The notes under the pieces are model-generated. The model did no database searches. It saw only the letters and a program-made list of their open reading frames with translations, and had not been told where the DNA came from. Both the position numbers and the translations under genes were made by a program. This document shows, one piece after another, positions 1 through 12,800 of a stretch of DNA of 64,000 nt. How positions within the stretch are numbered: the stretch's first letter is position 1; every line of letters begins with the position of its first letter. Origin of the DNA: Tubiluchus corallicola (Eukaryota > Animalia > Priapulida); contig JAQGDQ010000359.1 of assembly GCA_030141605.1 (NCBI GenBank), forward strand, positions 175,242 to 239,241. Direction: 5' to 3'.

Positions 1-2194
1 CAGTGTGATGTAAATAGTGTCTTAGCTTGTTAATGTTAAGAGACAGATTAATTACTAAAATAATAATGAGTGTGATTAATGTTGTAAATATCTTGATAAC
101 AGTGTTAGCCAATGCTGGATGCTATGTGTTGCTAAGTGCCTAATGTAATTTTAAGCAGCTCAAATTGGTAAAATGACTTATTTATAGTTTTTGATTTTTA
201 AGTTGTAATATAAAGGCATTCCATATCTAAACATTATGAACTATTACTGTGGCCAAATGATTAATGATCTGAAAATTCCATGAGTGGTTGCCAAGTGCGA
301 ATTATTCGTTGTCAAGTGCAAAGTATTTCAGAAGCAAACCTAATCTTGAAAAAAACATTTTCTATTCTAATTGGGCAATACAAGTCCATTTCTAGCTACA
401 ATTTTACTTTCCCATATTTTGACTGAAAATAGCCAAAAAGTGCCGACAAGCAAAGTGTAAATTGCTTAGTAGGACAGCTTAGTAGGATTGCTTAGTAGTA
501 TTTTCATAGAAGTAAAAAAAGCTTTGATGTGAGAAAGCTGCAGTTTTATTGCTTACAGAAGAGTACGGAGTAAGAGATGTTAACTGGGATAACTATAATA
601 AGGTATTTCTAAGTTACCAGAATAAAAAGTTATTAGTATTTAGTAAGCATATAAAGGCTTGTCATTTATATCACAAAACATTTATTGTTACAGTAACACA
701 AAATTATTATGTGTATCAAATTAAGTCTATATTTTATACTATACAAAAATTCACTGCCAGTGCAAGAGACCTATAGTTGCTCTAACTGTAAATAAAATTA
801 TTTATATTGGGAGATGACCTAGTGTGGATTTCCAAAAACTACATTCAGGTGCGTAATGTTAATAGCTGTTATGGAATTCATGTATTATAACCTTTTAAAT
901 TGTTGGTCTGTCTAAATGATTCTTGTCCTGGGCCTAATTAAGGGATTACGTTTAAATTTTGTAAATTCATTAGCTTTCAAGCAATTTTAAATTATCAGCA
1001 AGACAGGTAATTAATTAGCTATAGTTAACCCAGGAATTTTTTTAATATTTGTGTATGCTCTCTGTGTTCTTTGGATCATATTCTGTTGATATGCAGATGA
1101 TGTAACATGCTGAAATATAATTTGTGCAAATCACTCAGTGTGCCAATGATCATAACCAATAAATTTAGCATTTCTGGACTATGAAAATGTTAAACAAAGA
1201 CAGATATGAAGCCAATAGCTGAGAAAACCCAAATTACACATGTAATTAGTCACTTACTCGTTGGTTACTAATCATATTATTTTAGATCTTAATCTTTGCT
1301 GTTTATTTTTGCTTGTAACGACTAATATAAAAGTAATTTTTCTCGGATATTATTTATTTAGGTGTGAAACTTATCTGCTAGCACAGTGTAACTATGTGAA
1401 TTGCAGGTGCTTAGAGGCAAATATCTGCACAGCTGCGGTGCAGATTGTTTCTTAAATAGCTCCCCAAGACTACCTGCTTTTATTTTTGCATATAGACATA
1501 AATGTTTCAGTAAAAATGAAATGAATTTATAAATTGTACAGCTGAATGAGAATTTTGCATTGAACACATCAAAGCTCATGCACGCACACACACACACACA
1601 TGTAGATATATACAGTGCCGGATGTTAAGCTGAAACACGTCTGCACACGGTAACTTTTGTTTGGGATACGAGTACACTCAACTGACACATGACTAATTGA
1701 TTGCTTTTTGTTGGTCTCATCTGGTTTCGTATTATGGAAATTGTTGTACCGACTTCCGAGCCCGCATACGGGACCATGGTGAGTTTTTGTGACAGAAAAA
1801 TAAGCATGACTAACAAAACATTTGTGCATAGAAAACTTGAAAGAAAACATATATCTGGTGTGCTTAAGAACAAACATCTATGTCTTACAAATTCTTGCCT
1901 GCGAATTTTGTTTCGTATGCGACTTGTATTACAAGCAGACTGAACCTTGCTTCTAGACGAGTTTTGATTTAAAACTGTTGAGTGACAACAGTTCATGACC
2001 ATCTTCTGTGATTTGTAGGGTTTTAAATTATTTTTTGTAATTTTGTGGATATTAAATATTTCTAATAAAGTGAATAAAATTTTCCTGGTTATTTTTCTCT
2101 CAAGTTTAACCCGCAAGTCTCTGCTTTACTTTAAAACGATGAATAACTATTGACAGTGTTTCTAGACGTTTTCCTCTAATAGATAAAACTAAAA

Positions 2195-2445
2195 AGGAGA
2201 GAGAGAGAGTGCAAGAGTGAACAAGAAGAGAGAGGGGGAAGGAGAGAGAATGAGAAAGAGATAGAAGTTAAGATTGGAGAAAAAGTGACAGAGATATAGA
2301 ACGAAAGGGGAGAGAATGAAGAAAGGATGAGGTAAAGAGCAAAGTGTAAAAGACAATTGGGATGATGAGAGGGGGGAAAGGATAGAGAGGGAAGGAAAAT
2401 GGGAGAGGGGGAGACAGAGGCAGGGAAGGAAGTTTAAGGGGGAAG
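2195..2445. repeat. GA-rich polypurine low-complexity tract
   Basis: Runs of gagagaga/ggaagg over about 250 bp. Confidence 0.7.
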
Positions 2446-2950
2446 CAGAAAATGCTTTACCTTACCAAAATAGCAGATTTAGCGATTAAAAAATCTCTGG
2501 GAAACATTTTTCGAGTTTTCTAGGAAAAATTTTTCTGGGAAATGGTTTTTCTGTGAAAAAAATATGTGGGAAAACGGACCTAAATCATAGTAAGTGGAGC
2601 CAAAGCTCACAAGGAACAAGATGAAAACGCTTTAATATTATTCCAAAAATAGTATTAGGATTCTTTCCTTTTTCTTTCACCTGAAGATAATGTACAAGTG
2701 TAGATTTAAAAACGTGTTTTTCCTTGCTTTAAAATGTAGCATTTCGCTGTAAGAGTAAGCTATAAGAGTTATTTTAAACGAGTAAACGTCACTGTAAAAA
2801 TTGGTGATGTAACAATTTACATGTCGCTAATAACTGTTTTATGTTGATGTACCTAGATTTCTATCTAGTAGAAATAACGAAATACAGTACACCATTATGC
2901 GTGTTACCGAACTACTTTATTTACAATGCGTTCTGACGCATTAATACATA

Positions 2951-4150
2951 ACATCTCCTTTCTTTTGAACAAAAGTAAACAATAACAGGGCATTGTTAAC
3001 AACAATAGTAAACATCCTTAAAGTAAACGTAACAGTAAAATTGACTTTGCCACTTTTCTTGAACTTTAAATTACAAAATGACTTTCATTACAGTTAAAAA
3101 TGAATTAAGTTCTAGAAACTAAAAGTAATAGAAACTTTTTTTGCACTTAGCACAAAACATTTTAAGTTAACTAATTATAATGCAGGGAAGTAACACTTAT
3201 TTTTACAACTACGTACTTAACATAGTCAATAAGAGTACTAGGAGGCTTTGAGAGTCTTCCAGACCTGGTAAATACTGGCATTTTTTATGCTGAAATTTGA
3301 GGACGTGGTAGGTTGTGTTTCTGGTGTTGATAGCATGTTTGGATTAGAGGCTGTTCAGTTACTATAAAATGACATTCATCTAGGTAATTTTCTTGTTCAA
3401 ATATATCTGTTTCTTGGGTTTCAACAAATCACGTCTGTTTCTTCTCCGGACTCTACCTGATGGAGTAAGTACATTGTATGAACGTGGTTGAAGAGGTTGC
3501 CTATCTTGAGGTAATAAAAGTGCTGGCTGCCATTTGTCTTCATGTCTAACCCGAACAGTACCTCCATGTTTTAATGGACTAAGAGTTCTCGACACTCTGT
3601 CAAAATAGTGTTTTGCCTTCTGTCTGTATTCATGTAGCTTTTCTTGTACATGTTCTGGTTGTTGTATTTTCGGGCTTAACAGTGTTGGATTTGTTGGTAA
3701 TTTCGTTCGTGTTTGTTGAATATTCTTTGCGCCGGTGATCCAGTTACGTCATCTCTTGGTGTATTACTGTGATTAAGTAGCGCTAAGTACGGATATTTTC
3801 TAGATTCGTAGCATTTAATAAGTATGTTCTTGGTTATACCAACTGATTTCTCTACTAATCCATTAGCTTGTGAGTGTCTTGGTGATATGCGGCTATGATC
3901 AAAGGCAAATTGATGTGCAAATTCAGCAAAGTCATTGCTACTAAATGGAGGACCATTATCGGTTGTGTCGTGAGTACAAAACCATTTTTTGAGTTGTCTT
4001 GTGACCGTAGATGCTTTAGAATCTCGTTCTAATTTCTCAATCTCAAAAAATTCACTGTAGTAGTCAGTACAAATTAACCACTTGTAACCTAAGCAGTCAA
4101 ACAGATCAGATGCTACATGTATCCAATGGCCCTGGAAAGGTTCTACAGCT
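2951..4150 (-). mobile_element. Decayed Ty3/gypsy fragment (integrase core and C-terminus, PPT, start of 3' LTR), probably in a RETSAT intron
   Basis: Minus strand reads ...VASDLFDCLGYKWLICTDYYSEFFE...TDNGPPFSSNDFAEFA...SPRHSQANGLVEKSVGITK...YLALLNHSNTP...SPAQR, then PRSYNVLTPSGRVRRRNRRDL (ORF 3380-3595). PPT AAAAGAAAGGAGA (2966-2954) is directly followed by TGT at 2953. Confidence 0.85.
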
Positions 4151-5824
4151 TTTAATTTAGGCTACTGCCAACTTAGCTTTGCACCCCCCCCCCAATAAAG
4201 TGGCAAAAATGGCATTCAAAAATAACACCCACAATGGAACAATCAACATGTTTCGGTCATGTTGAGTTAGTTAGTTTACTATAACTCAACATGCAAGTTA
4301 AGTTAATTAGTAAATCTTTATACTTTATAGAATATAACATTGCAAACAACATTAATTTTGTAAAAATCATTTTCTGCCAAAGCCTGTCGTGTTTATTTTA
4401 AAGTATGTTCAAGCAAAGTGTGACATGTGACCAAAAATTGACTATACATAGTGACTGGCAAAGTGATGTCTGACTGCATTAGTCAGTCTGGTGTACGTCT
4501 GCCTATCTGGGACATATGGTAGATTTGCCAGACCGGTCAACAATAACATAGCTATAGAAGTGCTATATTCTGACATCAAGGGGTCAAGCAATATATCACA
4601 GCAAAAACTGAATGGGCTGCTGATGAGGCAGGCACAATATTTCTATCAGCATTTGTCTTCATTGGCTTTATTCGAGGGTGTTGTGTAGAGAATGTTTCTA
4701 CCAAGTATCTTCTACAGATGGCAAATATGGTGCAGTTTAAAATAAGTCTTATATGACAGACGCACAATATCCAAATGTGGTAGAAGCTGTACTTTTGGTT
4801 TGCGTTAATTACTTTACTGCAACAGTTAATGTGTTATTGCAGTTTGACCAAAGAATATAAAAGTTCAAAAATGCACCAAGGCACTTTAAGAGGTTGCATA
4901 TGTCTTAGTCTCCAAGAAATTCTTTACACTCAGCGTTTAAGTCAATGTAGTGAGCAAACAGCTTACGTTAATCTAAGAAGTTTGTCGTAAAATTTAATTA
5001 ATGTTCATTTACTAACATTTACAGTGATAATTATGTCTGTAGAATCTAGGTCTATTGAACAGTTGTCATGGCTTTGTAAAAACACACAATTAAAACAGGT
5101 TTAAAAGCTGTAAATAGTTGTTAAATTTAACTTAAACAGTAAATGAACTTCTAGCTTTTTTGAGGAAATAACTTTTCTGATGATATGGAGATTAACTGGC
5201 TCCTAAGCAACTTTGTTCTAACCCCCACTCTATTGTTCGTCATGTTCAGATGTAAAAAAAATTGATACCGTAGGAAAAAATGTTGCATAGGGAATGGACA
5301 GCTAAGGCAATTTGAATGGAAGAAGCAGTTGTAAGTGGCAGAAAACCACGATTTAGGGACAAATGAAATTATCATTTCGCTTTTATATGACCTACAATCT
5401 TGAATTGCTCACACACTATATCATCTAAAAAACTAGATCAGTTTAGTGCTTGGAAATCCCTGGTGAAAAACGAGATTGTCATCAGGCTAGTGCACAACAC
5501 TATAATTACTTAGTAACAATATTGCTCAAGTCTTGGAAACTATTATGTAACTATTATTTATTTATCATATCATATTGTAATACAGTCAAATCTCGTTATC
5601 GCCTTTCTACGCTTATTTTTCTCCACTTTTTCATGCAGGAACAATTATGTTTTTCTTTCAAAGTAATTCTATTATGTTTTTCTTATCAATTATATCATAT
5701 CTACTGTTTGAAGAAACATTTTTACATTATTATATTTCGTTTTAGTAATACCTTAGAGTTCATTTGGTGTTTGAGAATGGATTATTTGCTTTTACATTAT
5801 TTCTTTAATTACTTGACTTTTTAG

Positions 5825-8688
5825 GCAAGTCAGTGTGCACAGTAGTGACTCATGGTAACTGGAACTGGTTCTATCAGTGGAAGGACAATCGTGTGATGAA
5901 GCGAGGTGATGTTTATGATGCTATAAAGAAAGCAATAGGCCACCACATGTGGGAACAGACACTGAAAATTTTTCCACAACTAGAAGACAAGGTCTGAAAT
6001 GCTTTTTTATTGACAGTTAGTGTGGTTATTTAAATACCTCTTGGCCCTCGTAAATGCACCTTATCTACTTTTCAGTTTTAATTTTCTTAGTCCTTTGAAA
6101 AGGTAGTATTAATTGACTTGTCATATAGAAGTAATGCCTTGTTGGCTGTGTGTCTACTCTACTTATGTTCTGAAGTTTGTGCCAGCTATGGGCAACATTC
6201 CATCATGCTTGGAGTGCAATAAAGTTGCATTTTGCCTAGATCTTTAAGTTTCCGATAATAATCATTATCAATGGGTAATCTACTATAAGTGTGTAAACAC
6301 CATAACGTAATATTTCCCAAAACTCACATTTACCGAACCTGAAACTAACCAAACATTTACGCTTTCATCAAAAAGTTTATTTGCTCAGAATTTATTTCTG
6401 TTCAATTTCGCCAGGGTACAGTCCTTAAGATAAATGCAGATGGGCAACCATTTAGCAGAATTAGTCCAAGAGATTTCTCAATGTAGTGAACACTTTTATT
6501 CTTTCTAAAAATGTTATCATCTTTCTCAATCCGATCACAAAAGTTCCTCAAAACATTCTCAGTAGTTTCCTTACCAATATGAATACACACATTCAATATT
6601 ATGCCCGATTACATGAAGCAACAAATAAAAATATTTTAGGAAAAGGTGTAGATATAAAACTGAACTTTAATGTCAGTGTTGAAATACTGACCCAAAAATT
6701 TGGTTTTTATTTTTTATACTTGCAATTTCTTTTTTTCATGCATTTCAAGAGTTTATTCATTTCCACACTGCATCTTACAATAATAGTACTAAAATACAGA
6801 TAATTATACAGTAAAGTAAATACAAATACAAATGCAGTATAGTCCAGATAATACAAGTAAAAACTTCAGTAGCTAGCACATACAGTTGCAATAGCACATT
6901 CACTAGGCTTTCAAATTACAATGCACAATAATTTTGATGAAAAATTATTCATCATTGCCATATTCACTTGTCTATATATTTTTGCACATACACGTACATG
7001 TCTTACCATGCTTTCTTTCACTATGCTTTCATGAGTTTTGGTAGTACTTTACGTACAGTATTTTATATAGGTTGAGTACTTTGACATTGGTTCACCGCTG
7101 AGTAATAATTATTATTTGGGATCTATGAAAGGAGAAATCTATGGTGCTGATCAGGATCTTGCCCGATTTTCTGATCCCGACGTCCTTATGAACTTGAGGC
7201 CAGATACAGACATACCGGGTCTGCTTTTGACTGGTAAGTAGCGGCAGCTGCGATATCTCAAAAAAAACTTTTAAAAATGAACTTGCAAAGTAGGGATTCC
7301 CAAACTATTTCAGAAAACTTTTTACCTTGTCCGTTGTGGAAAGGTGGGATGCTGTGACTGATGCTAAAACATTAGGTACCTATTTGCCCGCTAATGTTGG
7401 GCACAACACGTGTGCATGTAAGCTAACTTAATGTACATCTTTGAGTTTGTATATTGTCATCTTACTTGCCAGGCCCTGAGAGCGAAGTTGCTTCATAGAA
7501 AGGAGATATAACCTTTTCTTTAACGTACTACAAGAGCTAAAGCAGTAAATTGTTATAATGCTATTAAACAGTTTAGGTAACTTTCAGCTGCTTCGATATA
7601 ATTGAGATTTAGGTTACTCTGCTAAATTCATTTTAAAATTCCATGTTGCAATGATTTCGACCTAAAATTAGCAGAGCTGAGCATTGTTACGTTGTACACC
7701 TGAGGTGCAGCATCTGCACCATTATAGCACATGCTAATGGAAAAATCTTAATATCCATTCATGCTTTTATAATAATCTTATTTATGTTCAGCAAAATCTT
7801 GCTAATTTTGCTGAAATAGCATACAATTTTTTCAAGAAGGAAATCATTATGGTTTAGTGCAGGGGTGTGCAAATTATCTGACTAGCCGGGCCACATTAAA
7901 CTTTCCCGCAATTCCTGCGGGTCACAGGCAGTTTGATCAAGGAGCCAAGTACAGAAAGGCCTAATAATGATTTTTTTTGCATCCGACCTGCGTACATCAT
8001 TGCTACTACACTCAAGAAACTATTTTAGAAGTTATTAAAATTTATATTACAAACCATATATTTCTACTTTCAGGACAGATAGTGGTAATTTCATTACAAT
8101 GCATATTAGTAATGTGTATCACACAGTCTGTGTAGTACAGTGACATTAAGCTACAACCGTCTTATAAGGGTTAATGGCATCCGATCTAGTAGAAAAAACT
8201 ACCCGCACCATCTTTGGGATCGTAGCACGGACTTCAGCTGGATACACTCAATTAATCGCCCGGGCTGCACTTTCATTAGGTTGACAAATCTCTTCGCAGG
8301 CCGCACAAATTCTCTCGGCGGGCCGCAAGTGGCCCGCGGGTCGCAATTTGCACACCCCTGGTTTAGTGGTATTTCACTGTAGTTACTTTCCACTTGAATA
8401 TTGTTGCTTTCCACATGTTAAAATAGCTCCATAATGAGGGGGTTATTACAACTTTTGCATATTAGATTAAATTTATCCAGTTATTCGAAAAATTCCTCTG
8501 CAGTAACTAACTAGAAGTTGTGATGCATTTCAGGCCAAGATATTACCAGCTGTGGGTTTGCAGGAGCTCTTTCCGGAGCTGTGCTGTGCGCCTCAAAGGT
8601 TCTCAATCGAAACCTGTGGAACGATCTTGCCAAATTCAAAAATGAACTGTACAAAGGGAAAAGTGCATCTATGAAAAAGACCAAATAA
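5825..8688 (+). CDS. RETSAT: All-trans-retinol 13,14-reductase (retinol saturase)-like, last three coding exons: 5825-5991, 7071-7233, 8534-8688; 5' part not identified in the window
   Basis: AG/GT-bounded, phase-consistent exons give ...KRGDVYDAIKKAIGHHMWEQTLKIFPQLEDK / VEYFDIGSPLSNNYYLGSMKGEIYGADQDLARF...IPGLLLTG / QDITSCGFAGALSGAVLCASKVLNRNLWNDL...KKTK*. This matches the RETSAT C-terminus (FPQLEGK, GSPL, YGADHDL, LTGQDI). Confidence 0.92.
7860..8360. mobile_element. hAT-type MITE (501 bp) in the last RETSAT intron
   Basis: TIRs CAGGGGTGTGCAAATT / AATTTGCACACCCCTG; perfect 8-bp TSD GTTTAGTG; second copy at 57142-57615. Confidence 0.93.
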
Positions 8689-9421
8689 ATAGTTAAGCAG
8701 TAAACACTATACGAGCACGATAGAATCAGGGCAGCTACACAAAAAAACGTTTGTGATACGTTACTGATTTGTTATTTTAAAATTTGCATTATCTAATCAT
8801 TTCAAAATTTGGTCAGTAAATTGTTGTTACATGTGGTCATATTTTGAAATGCAATTATTAACATGAAAGTGGGAGTTCATTTTTTTGTATCACGAGTTCG
8901 TTAAACCAATGACATTTAGTTCTTTAAATCTTTTTATTTTTAGATTGATGGATAGTGGTTGATAATTAAATCTTGTACCTACCAATTGTAATTACACGCT
9001 TTTTGTAAATTATAAGTTTGCCTTTGCTTACGTTGTTGTTAAAGTGCACTAGTAACAAGTTTATTAGCCTTTGACTACAAGATGTTGAGTAAACTTTGAA
9101 ACAGACTTGAAGTTAGTCTACAATTTGGCTTCATAGAGTAATATTGTTGCTGCTGTTGTAATCTGCGGCATTGTTAAAAATTCATCGTTGAATATTTAAG
9201 CAATTTACTTTTATGCTTTCTAAGTTTCTTTATTAAAATGTTACACTATTTTAATTAAATAAAACGTAACATTTAAATAAAACATTTTATTTAAGCGTTT
9301 TCAGAAAAAAGCAAACAATGCTATGTTAAATGTTAACATGGGAAAGATAAAATTCAGTACAGGAAAACAAAAATTCATCTTCACAATTCTAGTTTTTAGT
9401 TAAATGTCTAGATATTAATAC

Positions 9422-9891
9422 TTAATAAACATAATTACAAACAATTATCAGCAAACCCATGACTTTCTCAGAATGGTGTCATCTCTGATTGTCTCAAATC
9501 TACATGTGATTTTATTTAATAAACATAATTACAAACAATTATCAGCAAACCCATGACTTTCTCAGAATGGTGTCATCTCTGATTGTTTCAAATCTGCATG
9601 TGATTTTATTTAATAAACATAATTACAAACAATTATCAGCAAACCCATGACTTTCTCAAAATGGTATCATCTCTGATTGTCTCAAATCCGCATGTGATTT
9701 TATTTAATAAACACAATTACAAACAATTATCAGCAAAGCCATGACTTTCTCAAAATGGTATCATCTCTGATTGTCTCAAATCCACATGTGATTTTATTTA
9801 ATAAACATAATTACAAACAATTATCAGCAAACCCATGACTTTCTCAAAATGGTGTCATCTCTGATTGTCTCAAATCCGTGTGCGATTTTGA
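9422..9891. repeat. 94-bp tandem repeat x5 containing the amidase-1 C-terminal codons, stop and proximal 3' UTR
   Basis: Units start at 9422, 9516, 9610, 9704 and 9798. The last unit is the real CDS end (KIAHGFETIRDDTILRKSWVC*). Confidence 0.93.
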
Positions 9892-12800
9892 AAATGGTGG
9901 CTTCGTCAAAGTGTTTTCCAATTATCATGACACCAATGGGGAGATGATCTTCTTTTGAGAAGCCAGCATTGATGGAGAGAGCTGGATGTCCAGTAAAGTT
10001 GAATGGTGTGGTGTTTTTAAGCCCTGCTGTCGTGATTCTTACATACTCTGAAAATCGAAAGAAACTTAATTACGTTGTAGAACTTTGCAATCATTTTATT
10101 GTAAAACGTATACAATGTTCACCTCAATCACAAAATTGAACAAACTGTCATAAAGTTAGCAATATGATATTTAACAGTAGAAAATTTGCATCCTTTCTCA
10201 ATGCAGTCTCTAGGTCAACTGAAACTTGCATGCCTGAGAGAATAAAGCTGTAATCACATGACCAGACATACAAGTTCCTATTCGAAGGTACATCACATTC
10301 ATGCATACAGACCATAAATGGAAAGGTCACCTATACTCTACAGACTACTAGTCAAACCAAAATCAAAGTCTACTTGGCTTCTTTGATAGCAGAATAAAGA
10401 TTATTGGTTTACAGAAAGCTGTGTTATAATGTTATAATTTTTCTCTATTTAAACTTGAATAAGAGAGTTAGAACCAGAATTAAAGCATGAAATTAGCAAT
10501 CTAATTACTCTGATTAATGAATATCTATAAAAGCAAAAGGAAACAATATTTAGAAACAAAATCAATCCCTGACAAACTTTGTATAATTAGAGTAAAACAA
10601 CGACTGTAGATGGCAGCATAGACTAATTCAGTACTTTAGTGTAGTTCACTGACAATTAAATGGGTCACATAATACTACAGTCGCGTACTCGGTACAATAA
10701 GCGACTGTTTTACTTGCCATTCACTGTACAAATGGAATGCACAATTTTCTAACATGTTTCTGGCATTGACATTTATTGTAATGTTCTCTGTGTTAAAGAT
10801 TAATAATTCTTAATAATAAAGAACTGCGTACAGACATTTCACTGTGCACTGATTTAGTTTTTGAAACTAAATATAAAGATGTTAACAATAGTGATACGTT
10901 TTGATAATTATTGCATCAGCAATTATTACTGTAATTATCGTATTCATGTTATTCTAGGAATATACTGCCGTATCGAATTTGGTGCTTATTTATAAATCCA
11001 TTCACTTTGCTTTTTCATTTATGCATTGGAATTAAGCAAAAAAATTTAAAGTCATTTATTTGTAAGGTTGTTTGAAAAATTTTGTATTTTCTTCCAGCAA
11101 TAGCGGCTGTCTTCAGTCAGTATAATAGCACACGAATGCCAAGTGTGGTATTTTTAGAGACACTCTCCTAGTTTTGCACAGGCAATGCAGCATACATATA
11201 AACAAATGTAGTAATAGATCTATATGCGTAATACATTTATCTGTCGCAGGTCACATATTACTAAAGAAAGAAGGAAATTTGTCATTTATACGTTAATCCA
11301 GAAATAATCTACAAGAACACGTTGTTGCATTATCCTGACACACCTTGCTAATAACTAACTACATGTTCAATATTGAATTTATTGTTCGAAATAATTTATT
11401 GTAGCTTAAAAACCAGATTATCAATATCGTATTGTTACGAAAAAGTATTGTACCATTATTATTTAGCCAGATTTGTATCATTTAACATCCCTAACAGTGG
11501 TGACTAGTGTATAAGTACTGTGGAACTGCAATACCATCTATTTTCACTCCATATTCTCGATAATATTCAATATAAGTCTTTTTTCTTTAGTTCTTTCTTT
11601 ATACTTGTATGGAACCAAAGCACGCGAGGTTAGTACTGTTTGCTTCACAGCCCAGCACAGTGCGCGCCAGCACAGTTTCTTGTCAGTTATCACATGCTTA
11701 CTGTGAATAGATCAAGCTCGGACTGCGATAATTTAGGTTATTAGTTAGCAAAAAAGTTTTTTGTTTAGTATTTTATAAAGTTTATGCATAAGCTTTTGAA
11801 TGTTTGTTTATTTAAAATTACAATTAAGATTAGAACATTAAAATTACATGTGTTTGATTCATTTTACACAGTATTTAAACAATGGCTAAAAATTTTCTGC
11901 ATCAGCACCCCAGTAATTTTAGCTACGAGCTGCCACTGATCCCTAACATTATACACTTCCTTTTTTATATACAGACAACAAACAGAAATCATAAATTGAC
12001 AAGGCAACAATGTAAACGATACCTGAGATAGAAACATCTTCAGTTGGTATCTTTGGAGGCAAGTGATTAATCGTTGGCATGACGATGACTTCATACTTCT
12101 CCAGCACTTCATCTTTGTTATCTCATTCATAATGTTCTTTCCCTTGCAGAAGAAGTGAAGTCCAAACTCTGCACGCACATACGCTGATGCTAACAGCGGA
12201 AACTTGGCAGTATGGGACAAGTATCCGGCATTTGTTTTGAATCCTTTGTGAAAAGCACCGTCCAGTGAAGAGGCGTTATACAACCTAAATCCAACACTAG
12301 TTGCTGAAAAGAGAAATTTTTTACTCAAGAGTCTATTAACTAGAGTGTTTATTTATATAGTTCCTCTGAAATTGGTAAGAGAAATAGGTATAAATTAAAA
12401 ACTACAAATTTGTACCTTGTAACCTGAACATCGCTTCACCTTCGCCATGCTGTAGTAAAGACACACAAAGTTCAGCAGCTAAAAAGGAAAGATAAGTACA
12501 GAATCAGACTACGGCAAGCAGACCCTACATATCACTACTAAGTTGACAGCAGCAAATACATATAAAAATTTCCTTTTGAGTAGAACACGTCCCATGTGAC
12601 AGTACGCAAAGCACAGCACGTCTCTGAAGGTTTCTAAATTGGCCATGTGAGCAGTCAATACAAACTGATATTCAGCACCGTAGTTGCGCACATCAATTGG
12701 ACGCAGTACAAACTTGAGAAAGGATTTCATATCTTTGATTTTCTTTTCAAATCTGTTGCACATTTTGTGTGTATTGTGCATCACCTGTTGCTTGTAATTT

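Noticed and set aside
549-2116. Short ORFs in the first 2 kb as upstream RETSAT exons
   Set aside because: None encodes the expected upstream motif (FPSAKDP-like); they look like intronic or TE-derived sequence.
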